Shown: positions 17,220-27,479, counted from the stretch's first letter. The stretch is DNA of 38,075 nt from Gammaproteobacteria bacterium (GCA_007570905.1 RKSI01000028.1:1-38075), one strand, 5' to 3'. Made by a program: numbers and translations. The notes: generated by a model not told the origin, from the letters alone.

Positions 17220-18003
17220 CCCGCCGCCGCGAAAGGCGCGGCGCGCGGCGTTCAAATGTCGTCGGCTGCACGCTTTTGCCGGCCAGCACCTTGCCGGGCG
17301 ACCACGAGCCTGCGACGGGCACGACGCGCGACAGCCGCTTGACCGCGAGCAGCGCGAACAACGCGCCGCTGAACGGCAGCACCCGCCGGCACAGCCGCGA
17401 CGCCCGCCGCGCCGCCTTCTTCCTTGAGAACGACAGCGGGAACGCGAAATAGCGCGTTTTCTCGACATCAAAGCCGAGCACCGACAGCCATTCCCGAACG
17501 CGCAGCGCCGGGTAGAAACGCCCGCCCCACGGCGGCGCCAGGCGCGGCTTGAACCATTTCAGCAGGCCGTGGACGCCGAGCGGGTTGAAGCCGACGACAA
17601 TCAGCCGCCCTTCCGGAATCAGCGTGCGGTCCACCTCGCGCAAAAATTCGTGGGGGTCGGCGCAGAATTCCAGGATATGGTGCGCGACAACCAGGTCGAG
17701 GCTGCCGGAATCAATCGGCAACCGCGAAAAATCGCCGACCACCTGGCTGTCGGCCTGGCGCGCGCAACTGATTGCGAAATGCGAGTGAATCAGGCCGTTG
17801 TCCAGCCACCGCCGCCCGGACTCGAACGAGCGGATGTCCAGCGCGAAATAGCCGACCGCCTGCTCCACCCAGTCGGCGACGACGGCCTCGGTGTCGTCCA
17901 GCAGTTGGCCGCCGTAGTCTTCGTGGTACCACGGCGACAGCAGCGGCGACACCTGCGGCAGCGTCAGGTGCAGGGCGCCGCGTTTGCGGAAAAATCCCGT
18001 CAT
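17206..18003 (-). CDS. Class I SAM-dependent methyltransferase (YafS-like, rnhA-adjacent)
   Basis: 265 aa with LDLVVAHHILEFCADPHEFLREVDRTLIPEGRLIVVGFNP, the methyltransferase type 11 pattern. Its position next to rnhA matches enterobacterial yafS. Confidence 0.7.
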   Translation of the reverse strand: MTGFFRKRGALHLTLPQVSPLLSPWYHEDYGGQLLDDTEAVVADWVEQAVGYFALDIRSFESGRRWLDNGLIHSHFAISCARQADSQVVGDFSRLPIDSGSLDLVVAHHILEFCADPHEFLREVDRTLIPEGRLIVVGFNPLGVHGLLKWFKPRLAPPWGGRFYPALRVREWLSVLGFDVEKTRYFAFPLSFSRKKAARRASRLCRRVLPFSGALFALLAVKRLSRVVPVAGSWSPGKVLAGKSVQPTTFERRAPRLSRRRDDHA

Positions 18004-18045
18004 GCCAAATCCCGTCGTGTCATCGCGTTATGCCGTTGGCGCCTA

Positions 18046-19671
18046 TTATGCGGCAAAAGCGGGCAGCGCGGGCACCGCCGACAGCAATTCCCTGGTATAG
18101 CGGTGGCCCGGCGCGTCCAGCAGCGGTTCGGTCTCGCCCTGCTCGACGATGCGCCCGCGGTACATCACGGCCACTTCGTGCGCCATATAGGCCACCACCG
18201 AGATGTCGTGCGTGATGAACAGATAACTCAGGCCCAGGTCGGCCTGCAAGCGCTGGAACAGATCCAGAATGCGCGCCTGCACCGAGACATCCAGCGCGCT
18301 GGTCGGCTCGTCCCAGATAATCAACTCCGGCTCCACCGCCAGCGCCCGCGCGATGCAGATGCGCTGGCGCTGGCCGCCGGAAAACTGGTGCGGATGGCGG
18401 TGCATGCAGTCGGGCGGCATGCCGACCTGCTCCAGCAGCGCCGCCACCCGCTCGCGCAGCGCGCCGCCGCGCGCCGCGCCGCGCGCGCGCAAACCCTCGC
18501 CAATCAACTGCTCCACCTGCATTTTCGGGTTCAGCGACGAGAACGGATCCTGAAAGACGATTTGCGCGCGCCGCCGCAGACGCCGCCAGGCGTTGCCGGC
18601 GCCGGGCTGCGCGAGACGCAGTTCGCCCGCGCTCGGCTCGACCAGGCCGAGCAGCGCGCGCGCTATCGTCGTCTTGCCGCTGCCGGATTCGCCGACCAGC
18701 GCCAGCGTGCGCCCGCGCCGCAGCGCGAACGAGACGCCGTCCACGGCCTTGATGTGGCCGACGGTGCGCTTGAACAGGCCCTTCCTGACCGGAAAATGAA
18801 CCGCGAGATCATGCACTTCGGCCAGCGCTTCGCCGCCGCGCGGCGGCGGCAGGCGCGCGCCGTCAAACAGCGACACGCCGCGCTTGCCGCGGTCCGGCAG
18901 CATCGCGCACAGGCGGCGGCTGTAGTCGTGGCGCGCGCGGCTGAAAAACTCGCCGGCGCCGGCCTGCTCCAGTATCCCGCCGTCGCGCATCACCGCGATG
19001 CGCCCGGCGATGCACGACACCACCGACAGGTCGTGCGATATGAACAGCATCGCCATGCCGCGGTCGGCTTGCAGTTTCTTCAGCAGGTCGAGCACCTGCG
19101 CCTGAATGGTCACATCGAGCGCCGTCGTCGGTTCGTCGGCTATCAGCAACTCCGGCTCGCCGGCGAGCGCCGCCGCGATCATCACGCGCTGCTTCATGCC
19201 GCCCGACAATTCGTGCGGATACGATGCGAACACGCGCCCGGCTTCGTCTATGCCGACCTCGTCCAGCAGTTGCAGCGCCGCGCGCCGCGCATCGCGCCCG
19301 CGCACGCCGCGGTGCAGGCCGAGCGCCTCGGTCAACTGGCGGCCCGCCGTCATCACCGGGTTCAGCGAGGTCATCGGCTCCTGGAAAATCATGCCGATAC
19401 TGCCGCCGCGCACATCGCGCATCGCCGTCTCCGGGCGCCGCAGCAGGTCTTGCCCGTGCAGCCGCACCTCGCCGGCGCGCACGCGCAGGCCGTCGGGCAG
19501 CAGGCGCAGGATGGACAGCGCCGTCAGCGACTTGCCGGAACCCGACTCGCCGAGCAGCGCGAAACTCTCGCCGGGGGCGATGTCAAACGCGATGTCGCGC
19601 AGCAGCGTCTCGCGGCGCCCCGGCGGCGCCGTCTCGACGCGCAAGCCGCGCACGCTCAGGAGCGGTTCCAT
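18046..19671 (-). CDS. yejF: Peptide ABC importer, fused double ATPase (YejF-like)
   Basis: 541 aa with two Walker A motifs (GESGSGKS, GESGSGKT), two LSGG signatures (SGGMKQR, SGGQRQR) and Opp/Dpp-type C-terminal extensions. Confidence 0.85.
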   Translation of the reverse strand: MEPLLSVRGLRVETAPPGRRETLLRDIAFDIAPGESFALLGESGSGKSLTALSILRLLPDGLRVRAGEVRLHGQDLLRRPETAMRDVRGGSIGMIFQEPMTSLNPVMTAGRQLTEALGLHRGVRGRDARRAALQLLDEVGIDEAGRVFASYPHELSGGMKQRVMIAAALAGEPELLIADEPTTALDVTIQAQVLDLLKKLQADRGMAMLFISHDLSVVSCIAGRIAVMRDGGILEQAGAGEFFSRARHDYSRRLCAMLPDRGKRGVSLFDGARLPPPRGGEALAEVHDLAVHFPVRKGLFKRTVGHIKAVDGVSFALRRGRTLALVGESGSGKTTIARALLGLVEPSAGELRLAQPGAGNAWRRLRRRAQIVFQDPFSSLNPKMQVEQLIGEGLRARGAARGGALRERVAALLEQVGMPPDCMHRHPHQFSGGQRQRICIARALAVEPELIIWDEPTSALDVSVQARILDLFQRLQADLGLSYLFITHDISVVAYMAHEVAVMYRGRIVEQGETEPLLDAPGHRYTRELLSAVPALPAFAA

Positions 19672-21062
19672 TCGCTCCTCGGGTCAAACGCGTTGCGCAC
19701 GCCGTCGGCGAACAGGTTGGCGCACAGCACCAGGCCGAACAGAAACACCATGGCGGCGAGCAGCGGCCACCACACCGCCGGCTCGCGCGCCATCTCAAGG
19801 CGCGCGCTGTTGATCATGTTGCCCCAACTGTGCATCGCCGGGTCCACGCCGATATTCACATATGAAAGCACCGCCTCGGCCAGCACCAGCCCGCTGAAAT
19901 CAAGGGCCACGGTGATGACGACGATGTGCATCACATTCGGCAGGACATGGCGCAGCAGTATCAGCGGGCGGGCGACGCCGAGCGCGCGCGCCGCGTCAAT
20001 GTAGTCCATCTCCCTGACTTTCAGCGTCTCGGCGCGCAGCAGCCGGCACAGCCCGGTCCAACTGGTGATTCCCAGAATGGCGCACAAAAACAGCAGCCGC
20101 GTGTCGGCACGCGTGACCAGGTCATTGAAGCGGTCGCCGTGCTGGTCCATGTAGAGTTGCAGCATCAGCACCATCGCCGCCACCAGCAGCACGCCCGGAA
20201 TCGAGTTCAGCGTGGTGTACAGATACTGGATGACATCGTCCACCCACCCCAGAAAATAACCGGCGCAAACGCCGAGCGCCAGCGCGAACGGCAGCATAAT
20301 CAGCGTCGTCAGCGTGCCAATCAGAAAACCGGTGCGCACGCTCTTCAGCGCCTGGTACAGGACATCGCCGCCGATCTTGTCGGTGCCGAGCAGATGGTAT
20401 TCGCGGCCAATGCCGGCAGTGATGAAGACCGCGACGACAATCAGCGCAATGGTGACGGCGACGGCGCGCAGCGGCAGGCCGCCGGTGGCGTTGCGGACGA
20501 CGGCGCGCATCGCCGCCGGCGCGCGCCGCGGCCCGGCCACGACGGCGCACACCAGCGCCAGCAGCGCGGCGCACGCCAGCAGCCCGGCAAGGCCCCACAC
20601 GGCGGCGCGCCGCGCGATGTCCGCCGCCGCCAGGTCCGGTTCGGCCAGCGCCGCGCCGCCGTATTGCAGGCGCGGATAGATGTGGCGGCGCACGCCGTCC
20701 TCCTCAACCATCTCCTTGACATAGCCGCGCACCGCCAGCGGCGCGGAATAGGTCTTCTCAAAACGCTCGCCGAGAGGCGACACCAGCCGGTCAAACACGC
20801 TGACGACCTCGTTGGAATAGACGGCCTCGCCGCCCTGCGCGGTTTCGGCGGTCTCGATGAGCGGCCTGAAATGCAGCGAGTCGAGCAGCGCGACGGCGAA
20901 GTAAAACGCGATGACCGTCAGCGACACCATCGCCGAACGGTCGCGCGCCAGTTTGCGCCACGCCGCCTGCAAATGCGGCCTGCGCGACACATAAAACGCA
21001 TACAGCGCGGTCAGCGCAATCAGCGCGAAGAAAAAGGCGTCGGTGAGCAGCACCACCGGCAT
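19656..21062 (-). CDS. yejE: Peptide ABC importer permease (YejE-like) with long N-terminal extension
   Basis: Track ORF 19656..21710 is trimmed to ATG 21060-21062 (MPVVLLTDAFFF...), which overlaps the yejB stop by 1 nt. It has the BPD-transport core ...TSWTGLCRLLRAETLKVREMDYIDAARALG. At 468 aa it is about 120 aa longer than the E. coli YejE I remember (341 aa). Confidence 0.8.
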   Translation of the reverse strand: MPVVLLTDAFFFALIALTALYAFYVSRRPHLQAAWRKLARDRSAMVSLTVIAFYFAVALLDSLHFRPLIETAETAQGGEAVYSNEVVSVFDRLVSPLGERFEKTYSAPLAVRGYVKEMVEEDGVRRHIYPRLQYGGAALAEPDLAAADIARRAAVWGLAGLLACAALLALVCAVVAGPRRAPAAMRAVVRNATGGLPLRAVAVTIALIVVAVFITAGIGREYHLLGTDKIGGDVLYQALKSVRTGFLIGTLTTLIMLPFALALGVCAGYFLGWVDDVIQYLYTTLNSIPGVLLVAAMVLMLQLYMDQHGDRFNDLVTRADTRLLFLCAILGITSWTGLCRLLRAETLKVREMDYIDAARALGVARPLILLRHVLPNVMHIVVITVALDFSGLVLAEAVLSYVNIGVDPAMHSWGNMINSARLEMAREPAVWWPLLAAMVFLFGLVLCANLFADGVRNAFDPRSEWNRS

Positions 21063-22039
21063 CAGCCCAGCCTCACGCGCGGGTCGACAAAAGTGTAGGA
21101 AATGTCGGTCAGCAGCAGGCCGGCGATGTACAGCACCGAGCCGAGAAAAACCATGGAGCGCACGATGGAAAAGTCCTGGCGCGCAATCGCGTCTATCGTG
21201 TAACTGCCGAGGCCGGGAATGCCGAAGAAAGACTCGATAATCAAACTGCCCATGAACAGCAGCGGCAAAATCACGACGACGCCGGTCAGTATCGGTATCA
21301 GCGCGTTCGGCAGGATGTGGCGGAACAGCACCGTGAACTCGCCGACGCCGCGCGCGCGCGCGGTTCGCACATAATCCTTGCCCGCCTCCTCGAGAAATAT
21401 CGTGCGGTACCAGCGGCTGCCGGCGCCGATGCCGGAGACGACGCCGATGACCACCGGCAGCAGCACGAAGCGAAACGCCGACCAGCCGCCGTAATAGCCC
21501 GATATCGGCACCAGTTTCAGCAGTTTGCCGACCGCATACTGGCCGCCGATGATGTAGAACAGCCCGGAGACGGACATCAGCACGATGCACAGCATCACCG
21601 ACCAGAAATCCACATATGTGGCGCGGAAGAAAACCATGATCAGCGCGAAGGTGATGTTGACGAGGATGCCGATGAGCAGCGTCGGCACCGCGATGGCGAG
21701 GCTCGGCCACATGCGCTGGCGAATGTCGTGGCCGATGTCCCTGCCGCTGTCGGAGCGCCCGAACTCAAACACGAACAGGCGCAGCGACTCGTCGAAGAAA
21801 ATCGTGTCGGACAGCCGCGCCGCCCCCGCCGCCGCGGCGTTGTAGAACAGCGGGCGGTCGTAGCCGCGCTCGCGCTTCCACGCATCCACCTGCTGCTGCG
21901 TGATATGGCGGTCCCCCAGTTGCATGCGCGCGATGTCGTCGGGCGAGTTGACGATGAAGAACAGCGAGAAGGTCAGCACATTGACGCCGACCAGTATCGG
22001 CAGCGCATACAGCGCGCGGCGGACGATGTAGGCGATCAC
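21062..22039 (-). CDS. yejB: Peptide ABC importer permease (YejB-like)
   Basis: Its GTG start makes a GTGA overlap with the SBP gene stop. It begins (V)IAYIVRRALYALPILVGVNVLTFSLFF, the classic OppB/DppB/YejB N-terminus, and carries the EAGKDYVRTARARG EAA motif. Confidence 0.85.
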   Translation of the reverse strand: MIAYIVRRALYALPILVGVNVLTFSLFFIVNSPDDIARMQLGDRHITQQQVDAWKRERGYDRPLFYNAAAAGAARLSDTIFFDESLRLFVFEFGRSDSGRDIGHDIRQRMWPSLAIAVPTLLIGILVNITFALIMVFFRATYVDFWSVMLCIVLMSVSGLFYIIGGQYAVGKLLKLVPISGYYGGWSAFRFVLLPVVIGVVSGIGAGSRWYRTIFLEEAGKDYVRTARARGVGEFTVLFRHILPNALIPILTGVVVILPLLFMGSLIIESFFGIPGLGSYTIDAIARQDFSIVRSMVFLGSVLYIAGLLLTDISYTFVDPRVRLG

Positions 22040-24195
22040 AGCGCGGTCTCGCGGCGGCGCCTGCGGTAAATCACCACCGCCGGCATCAGGAACAGCGCCA
22101 GCGCGCCGGCGAGCACCGCGACCGGGCCGGTGCGCGGGCGGTTCCATTCGTCGCGCAGGCCGGCGCGCCGCGCGGTGTCGAGTTTCAGGTATTTAAGCCC
22201 GTTGTGCGACATCAGGTTCGGCTTGGCGTTGGCCAGCCAACCGTGGTGCAGCACGAAGGACTTGGGGTGAAATCCCCAGATCCACGGCGCGTCGCGGCGC
22301 AGCACTTCGGTCATCTCGTCAATCAACTCCGTGCGGCGCGGCGTGTTCGGCAAACTCCGCATCTCCTCAAACAACTCGTCAAAGCGCGGGTTGCGGTAAT
22401 TCGCGGCGTTCTCGCCCTGGTGCGCCACTTTGGAGTTCGGCCCGTAAAGCAGGAAAAAAAAGTTCTCCGGGTCGGGGTAGTCGGCGTTCCAGCCGAGCCG
22501 GAAAATCTGCGCGTTGCCTTTCCGTATCTTGTCCTGAAAACGGTTCCAGTCGGTGCTGCGCATGACCAGTTGAATGTCGAGTTTCGCAAACTGCTTGCGG
22601 ACCCAGTTCAGCCACGATTTGGCGTCGGGGCCGGCGCTGGCCGAGTCGTAGTAAAGCACCAGCGGCTTGCCGGTCTCGCGGTCGATGCCGCCGCGGTAGC
22701 CGGCCTCGGCGAGCAGGCGCCGCGCCTCGTCCAGCGGCTTGCGCACGGCGCGCCCGCCGCGCCAGTCATAGACATAAGGGTTAACCCCGGCCTCGCCGTC
22801 GCGGTGGCCGAAGATGCCGGGCGGCAGCGGCCCCTGCGCCGGAATGCCGCGCCCGTTCTGGAAAATAGAGATGAACTCGCCGGTGTCCATCGCAATGGAC
22901 AGCGCGAGGCGCAGTTTGCGCGCGCGCTCGCCGCCGGCGGCGCCGACGACCGGGTCGAGCATGTTGAAGCCGGTGTAGAAAACGGATGTTGAGTAGGTGA
23001 CCGACAGGGATATGCCGCGCTCGCGCATCGCGCCGGTCAATTCAAACTCGCCGCCCTGCCCCAGTTGCACCGCCTGGTCAAAGCTGTCGGAACTGATGCC
23101 GGCGCGGTCGTAATAGCCCTGCAAAAACTTGTTCCAGTAGGGAATGTTCTCCTTCTCCAGGCTGTAGATGACCTTGTCGATAAACGGCAGTCTGGCGCCG
23201 GCGTCTTGCAGCAGGCCGCGCGCGGCGTCGCCGTCCTCGCCCTCAAGCGGGTAGTAATCGGCGCGGAAGTTGGGGTTGCGCTCCAGCACCATGCGCAGGT
23301 TGGGGTTGTTCTCGGTCAGCATGTAGGCGCCGGTGCCGACCGGGTACCAGTCGAGCGTCAGGTTGCGCTCCTTGAAACCGGGCTGGCTGTGGAAGGCGTC
23401 GGCCTCCCACGGCATCGGCGCGAAGAACGGCATCGCCAGCCAGTATATGAACTGCGGGTAGCCTGCGCGCACCGTAATCCGGTAACGGTGCGGCCCGACC
23501 ACCGTGACGCCTTCCATGTCAAACGCGCGCAAGTCCAGCCATTCGCCGGGCGCGAGCGCCTCGCGCGCCGCGGCCAGGCGCGCGCGCAAATCGGCGAAAC
23601 CGACGAGGTGGCGTTCCAGTATCCCGGCAATCGGCGAATGCACCGCGGGGTCGGCGAGGCGCTTAATCTGGTAGGCATAGTCGGCGGCGCGCAGTTCGCG
23701 GCTGCCGGTCCCGGCGAAATCCGCCAGTTCATACACGCCGTCCAGTTGCGCCGGGGCGACGGGCCGGTAACGGTAGTTGCCGCCGGCGAAGCGCGCGAAA
23801 GCCGGGTGCGGCTGGTAGCGAATGCCGGGGCGTATCTCGATGTCGTAGGCGGTGGTGGCGACGGCGCCGGTGTCGCGCGTGACGCGCCCGCCGGCGTCGT
23901 AGTGCGTCACCCGCGGCATCACCGCCGCCGTCAGCGGCTCCAGTTGATACGGGCGCTTCAGGTAATGGTAGTGCAGCACCGGCTCAACGACCTGGCCCAG
24001 CACCGCGTATTCATTGGAACTGTAGGAGCGCGCCGGGTCAAAGTGCTTGGGGCGCTCGGCAAAGGCCGAATAAAGGATGTCGCCGTCGGCGTCGCCGGCG
24101 TAGGGGTTGTTCCACGCGCCCTCGCCGCAACCCGCCTGTGACAGCGCCGCCGCGGCCACAACGCAAATCCGGCAGATTCGGAGAGAGGCGGCCAT
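22036..24195 (-). CDS. Family-5 (Opp/Dpp/YejA-type) extracellular solute-binding protein, 719 aa, with C-terminal hydrophobic tail
   Basis: It has an N-terminal signal with a possible lipobox (AAALSQAGC) and family-5 SBP blocks (NPNFRADYYP, GWNADYPDPENFF). The last ~35 aa, GPVAVLAGALALFLMPAVVIYRRRRRETAL, look like a TM anchor. Confidence 0.8.
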   Translation of the reverse strand: MAASLRICRICVVAAAALSQAGCGEGAWNNPYAGDADGDILYSAFAERPKHFDPARSYSSNEYAVLGQVVEPVLHYHYLKRPYQLEPLTAAVMPRVTHYDAGGRVTRDTGAVATTAYDIEIRPGIRYQPHPAFARFAGGNYRYRPVAPAQLDGVYELADFAGTGSRELRAADYAYQIKRLADPAVHSPIAGILERHLVGFADLRARLAAAREALAPGEWLDLRAFDMEGVTVVGPHRYRITVRAGYPQFIYWLAMPFFAPMPWEADAFHSQPGFKERNLTLDWYPVGTGAYMLTENNPNLRMVLERNPNFRADYYPLEGEDGDAARGLLQDAGARLPFIDKVIYSLEKENIPYWNKFLQGYYDRAGISSDSFDQAVQLGQGGEFELTGAMRERGISLSVTYSTSVFYTGFNMLDPVVGAAGGERARKLRLALSIAMDTGEFISIFQNGRGIPAQGPLPPGIFGHRDGEAGVNPYVYDWRGGRAVRKPLDEARRLLAEAGYRGGIDRETGKPLVLYYDSASAGPDAKSWLNWVRKQFAKLDIQLVMRSTDWNRFQDKIRKGNAQIFRLGWNADYPDPENFFFLLYGPNSKVAHQGENAANYRNPRFDELFEEMRSLPNTPRRTELIDEMTEVLRRDAPWIWGFHPKSFVLHHGWLANAKPNLMSHNGLKYLKLDTARRAGLRDEWNRPRTGPVAVLAGALALFLMPAVVIYRRRRRETAL

Positions 24196-24385
24196 TGCGC
24201 GCCCATTATATGCGCCGCGCCCGCGTCGCGCACACCGGCGGGCAAAAAGGCGCGGTCAGCCGGACGCCGGCGGCGGCGGCGGCCCGGCCTGCGGCGGCTG
24301 ACACTGGAGACCGCCCGGCGGAATGCAGCAACCGTCCGGCGGCAGCGGCTGGTCAGCCGCGCCGGCCGGCGCGCCGCATTCGGGC

Positions 24386-24412
24386 AAAAAAGAGACCGCG
24401 AATCGCGGCCTC
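24386..24412 (-). terminator. Rho-independent terminator of the NHLP-type precursor gene
   Basis: The minus-strand RNA GAGGCCGCG-AUU-CGCGGUCUC forms a 9-bp stem (one G-U pair) followed by U6. It starts 29 nt after the TAG stop. Confidence 0.75.
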
Positions 24413-24440
24413 GTGAAAGAAATACATCCGGCGCGGCGCG

Positions 24441-24959
24441 CTAACTGGCGTGCCCCACCGTGACTTCCTGGTCGCCGGCGAAATGCCCAAGCCCGGCTGC
24501 GATGCCGACGCCGACGCCCGTGCCGACAGCGGCCACGGTGGCCGTCAAGCCGACGACGGTGGCGGCGCCGATGGCGACCGCCACGGTATTGGCAAGCGCC
24601 CCGGCCTTGACCGAGCCGATGAAGATGGTCGCCGTGACGACCCCGATGACCGAAAGAGCACAGGTAATCTCGAAAGCGCCTCCGCTGATTTTGGCCAACT
24701 GCTCATCCGTCAGGTTTTCCCCGAGATGCTCGAGAACGGAATAATCCGGCACGCAAATGTGCATCACATCCGCGGTGTTCTGCTCCGCCCTGACAGCGAT
24801 GTCGTCGCCGATGGACAAACCTTCCGGCAAACAGGAAATCACAGCCGCCTTCGCGTCATCGCGCATCGCCGCCATGAATTCCCCGTTGTTCACGCAACGC
24901 GCCGCCAGATGAATGGAAACCAGTTCATTAAGCGCCGCGATGGTATTGTCTTGTTGCAT
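24441..24959 (-). CDS. NHLP-like leader / double-glycine bacteriocin-RiPP precursor with 78-aa Gly/Ala/Val-rich hydrophobic core
   Basis: 172 aa. Residues 1-94 resemble the nitrile-hydratase-like leader peptide domain (EFMAAMRDDAKAAV...IAVRAEQNTADVMHICVP) and end in LTDEQLAKISGG. Residues 95-172 (24444-24677) form a glycine-zipper-rich hydrophobic peptide. The gene has an AGAGAGG RBS and its own promoter and terminator. Confidence 0.75.
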   Translation of the reverse strand: MQQDNTIAALNELVSIHLAARCVNNGEFMAAMRDDAKAAVISCLPEGLSIGDDIAVRAEQNTADVMHICVPDYSVLEHLGENLTDEQLAKISGGAFEITCALSVIGVVTATIFIGSVKAGALANTVAVAIGAATVVGLTATVAAVGTGVGVGIAAGLGHFAGDQEVTVGHAS

Positions 24960-25027
24960 ATTCGCGATTACCTCTCTGTGTAAGTCCCGATTGGTTTGAT
25001 TCCGGACCCGTGCCGGAATGCAAAGAC

Positions 25028-25056
25028 AATATAGCCCCTGCCCCTCTCCTGTTCAA
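25028..25056 (-). promoter_or_regulatory. Candidate sigma70 promoter TTGAAC-17-TATATT for the precursor gene
   Basis: On the minus strand, TTGAAC lies at 25051-25056 and TATATT at 25028-25033, with an exact 17-nt spacer. This implies a ~60-nt 5' UTR containing a 7-bp hairpin ATTCCGG-N7-CCGGAAT (24999-25019). Confidence 0.5.
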
Positions 25057-25115
25057 CCCCGCCCCCGGTTCAATCACTTGTGGCAGCGCGCTTCTGCTAT
25101 GATAGGCCGCGAAAA

Positions 25116-25346
25116 ATGGAACTTCAGGACATTGTCAGCGCAGGCGCCGTCGTCTTCTACAACCGGGAAACCGACATCCTGGTGGCGTGGGACGGCGGCA
25201 TTGAATTCCCGGTTTATGCCGGCAAATTCAACGGCGACTACGACCAGATTGACGCCTTCTACAAGGAGGTGCGTTCGGTCGCCGCCGCCGCCAAAGCCGC
25301 CGAAATGTGGTTCCAGGAACACGCAACCTTCAACCCCGGCCCGTGA
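25116..25346 (+). CDS. Hypothetical small soluble protein (76 aa)
   Basis: [52 protein letters not shown]... shows strong GC3 codon bias consistent with coding, but has no clear SD. It is divergent from the precursor gene and lies 23 nt upstream of fabI. The family is not recognised. Confidence 0.5.
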   Translation: MELQDIVSAGAVVFYNRETDILVAWDGGIEFPVYAGKFNGDYDQIDAFYKEVRSVAAAAKAAEMWFQEHATFNPGP

Positions 25347-25369
25347 GGCCGCTGCATGGAGCAACCCTG

Positions 25370-26152
25370 ATGAAACTGCTGGACGGAAAACGCGCGCTGA
25401 TTACCGGCATCGCCGGCAACCGCTCGATCGCGTGGGGCATCGCGCAGGCGATGCAGCGCGAAGGCGCCGAACTGGCCTTCACCCACCAGAACGAGCGGCT
25501 GCGCGGGCGCGTCGAGGAACTCGCCGCGCAATGCGGCTCCGACATCACGCTGCCGTGCGATGTGCAGAACGACGGCGAAATCGCCGCGCTGTTCAAGGCG
25601 CTCGGCGAACGCTGGCCGCAACTGGACATCCTGGTGCATTCCATCGCCTACGCGCCGCGCGAGGAACTCGGCGGCGACTACGCCGCAAACGCCAGCCGCG
25701 CCGGTTTCACGGCGGCGCACGAGACCAGTTGCTACAGCCTGACGGCGCTGGCGGCGGGCGCCAGGCCGCTGATGCGCGGCGGCGGCGCGGTGCTGACGCT
25801 GACCTACTACGGCGCCGAGAAAGTCGTGCCGAACTACAATGTGATGGGGCTGGCCAAGGCGAGCCTCGAGGCCAATGTGCGTTATCTGGCCGACTGCCTG
25901 GGGCCGGAGGGCACGCGCGTCAACGCCATCTCGGCGGGGCCGATCAAGACGCTGGCCGCCTCCGGCATCGGCGATTTCCGCAAGATGCTGGAGCATGTCG
26001 AGCGCACCGCGCCGCTTCGCAAAAATGTCTCAATCGACGAGGTCGGCAACGCCGCGGCCTTTCTGTGCTCGGACTTCGCCAGCGGCGTCACCGGCGAAAT
26101 CCTGCATGTGGACGCCGGCTACAACCTCGTCGGCATGAGCGCGGGCCGCTAG
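25370..26152 (+). CDS. fabI: Enoyl-ACP reductase (NADH) FabI
   Basis: It begins [28 protein letters not shown], and [19 protein letters not shown] carries the Tyr-x6-Lys catalytic pair. A GGAG RBS is present. Track ORF 25307.. is trimmed. Confidence 0.93.
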   Translation: MKLLDGKRALITGIAGNRSIAWGIAQAMQREGAELAFTHQNERLRGRVEELAAQCGSDITLPCDVQNDGEIAALFKALGERWPQLDILVHSIAYAPREELGGDYAANASRAGFTAAHETSCYSLTALAAGARPLMRGGGAVLTLTYYGAEKVVPNYNVMGLAKASLEANVRYLADCLGPEGTRVNAISAGPIKTLAASGIGDFRKMLEHVERTAPLRKNVSIDEVGNAAAFLCSDFASGVTGEILHVDAGYNLVGMSAGR

Positions 26153-26219
26153 CAGGCGGGCGCAGGCCGGCAGCACGCAGGCGGGCGCCAGGCCAAAAGT
26201 TGCCGCCCGCAGGCGGGCG

Positions 26220-27479
<1,260 letters not shown>

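Noticed and set aside
18046-24195. The YejABEF-like ABC system as the dedicated exporter or maturation machinery of the adjacent NHLP-type precursor.
   Set aside because: It is an importer-type system (periplasmic SBP, OppB/C-like permeases, fused Opp-type ATPase) with no C39 peptidase domain. The precursor gene has its own promoter and terminator. Adjacency alone does not support a functional link.
24196-24385. A GC-rich spacer with a (GGC)n run and plus-strand ORFs 24107..24301 and 24138..24416. Considered as a hidden gene or repeat element.
   Set aside because: The translations are Ala/Arg/Pro/Gly low-complexity strings without an RBS. The GGC run is short and not arrayed. The spacer is most simply the promoter/leader region of the SBP gene.
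26153-26219. The repeated GCAGGCGGGCGC motif between the convergent fabI and DAACS transporter genes. Considered as a terminator or repeat element.
   Set aside because: Only a short 7-bp stem with a long loop can form, and there is no U-run on either strand. That is too weak to call anything beyond GC-rich spacer.
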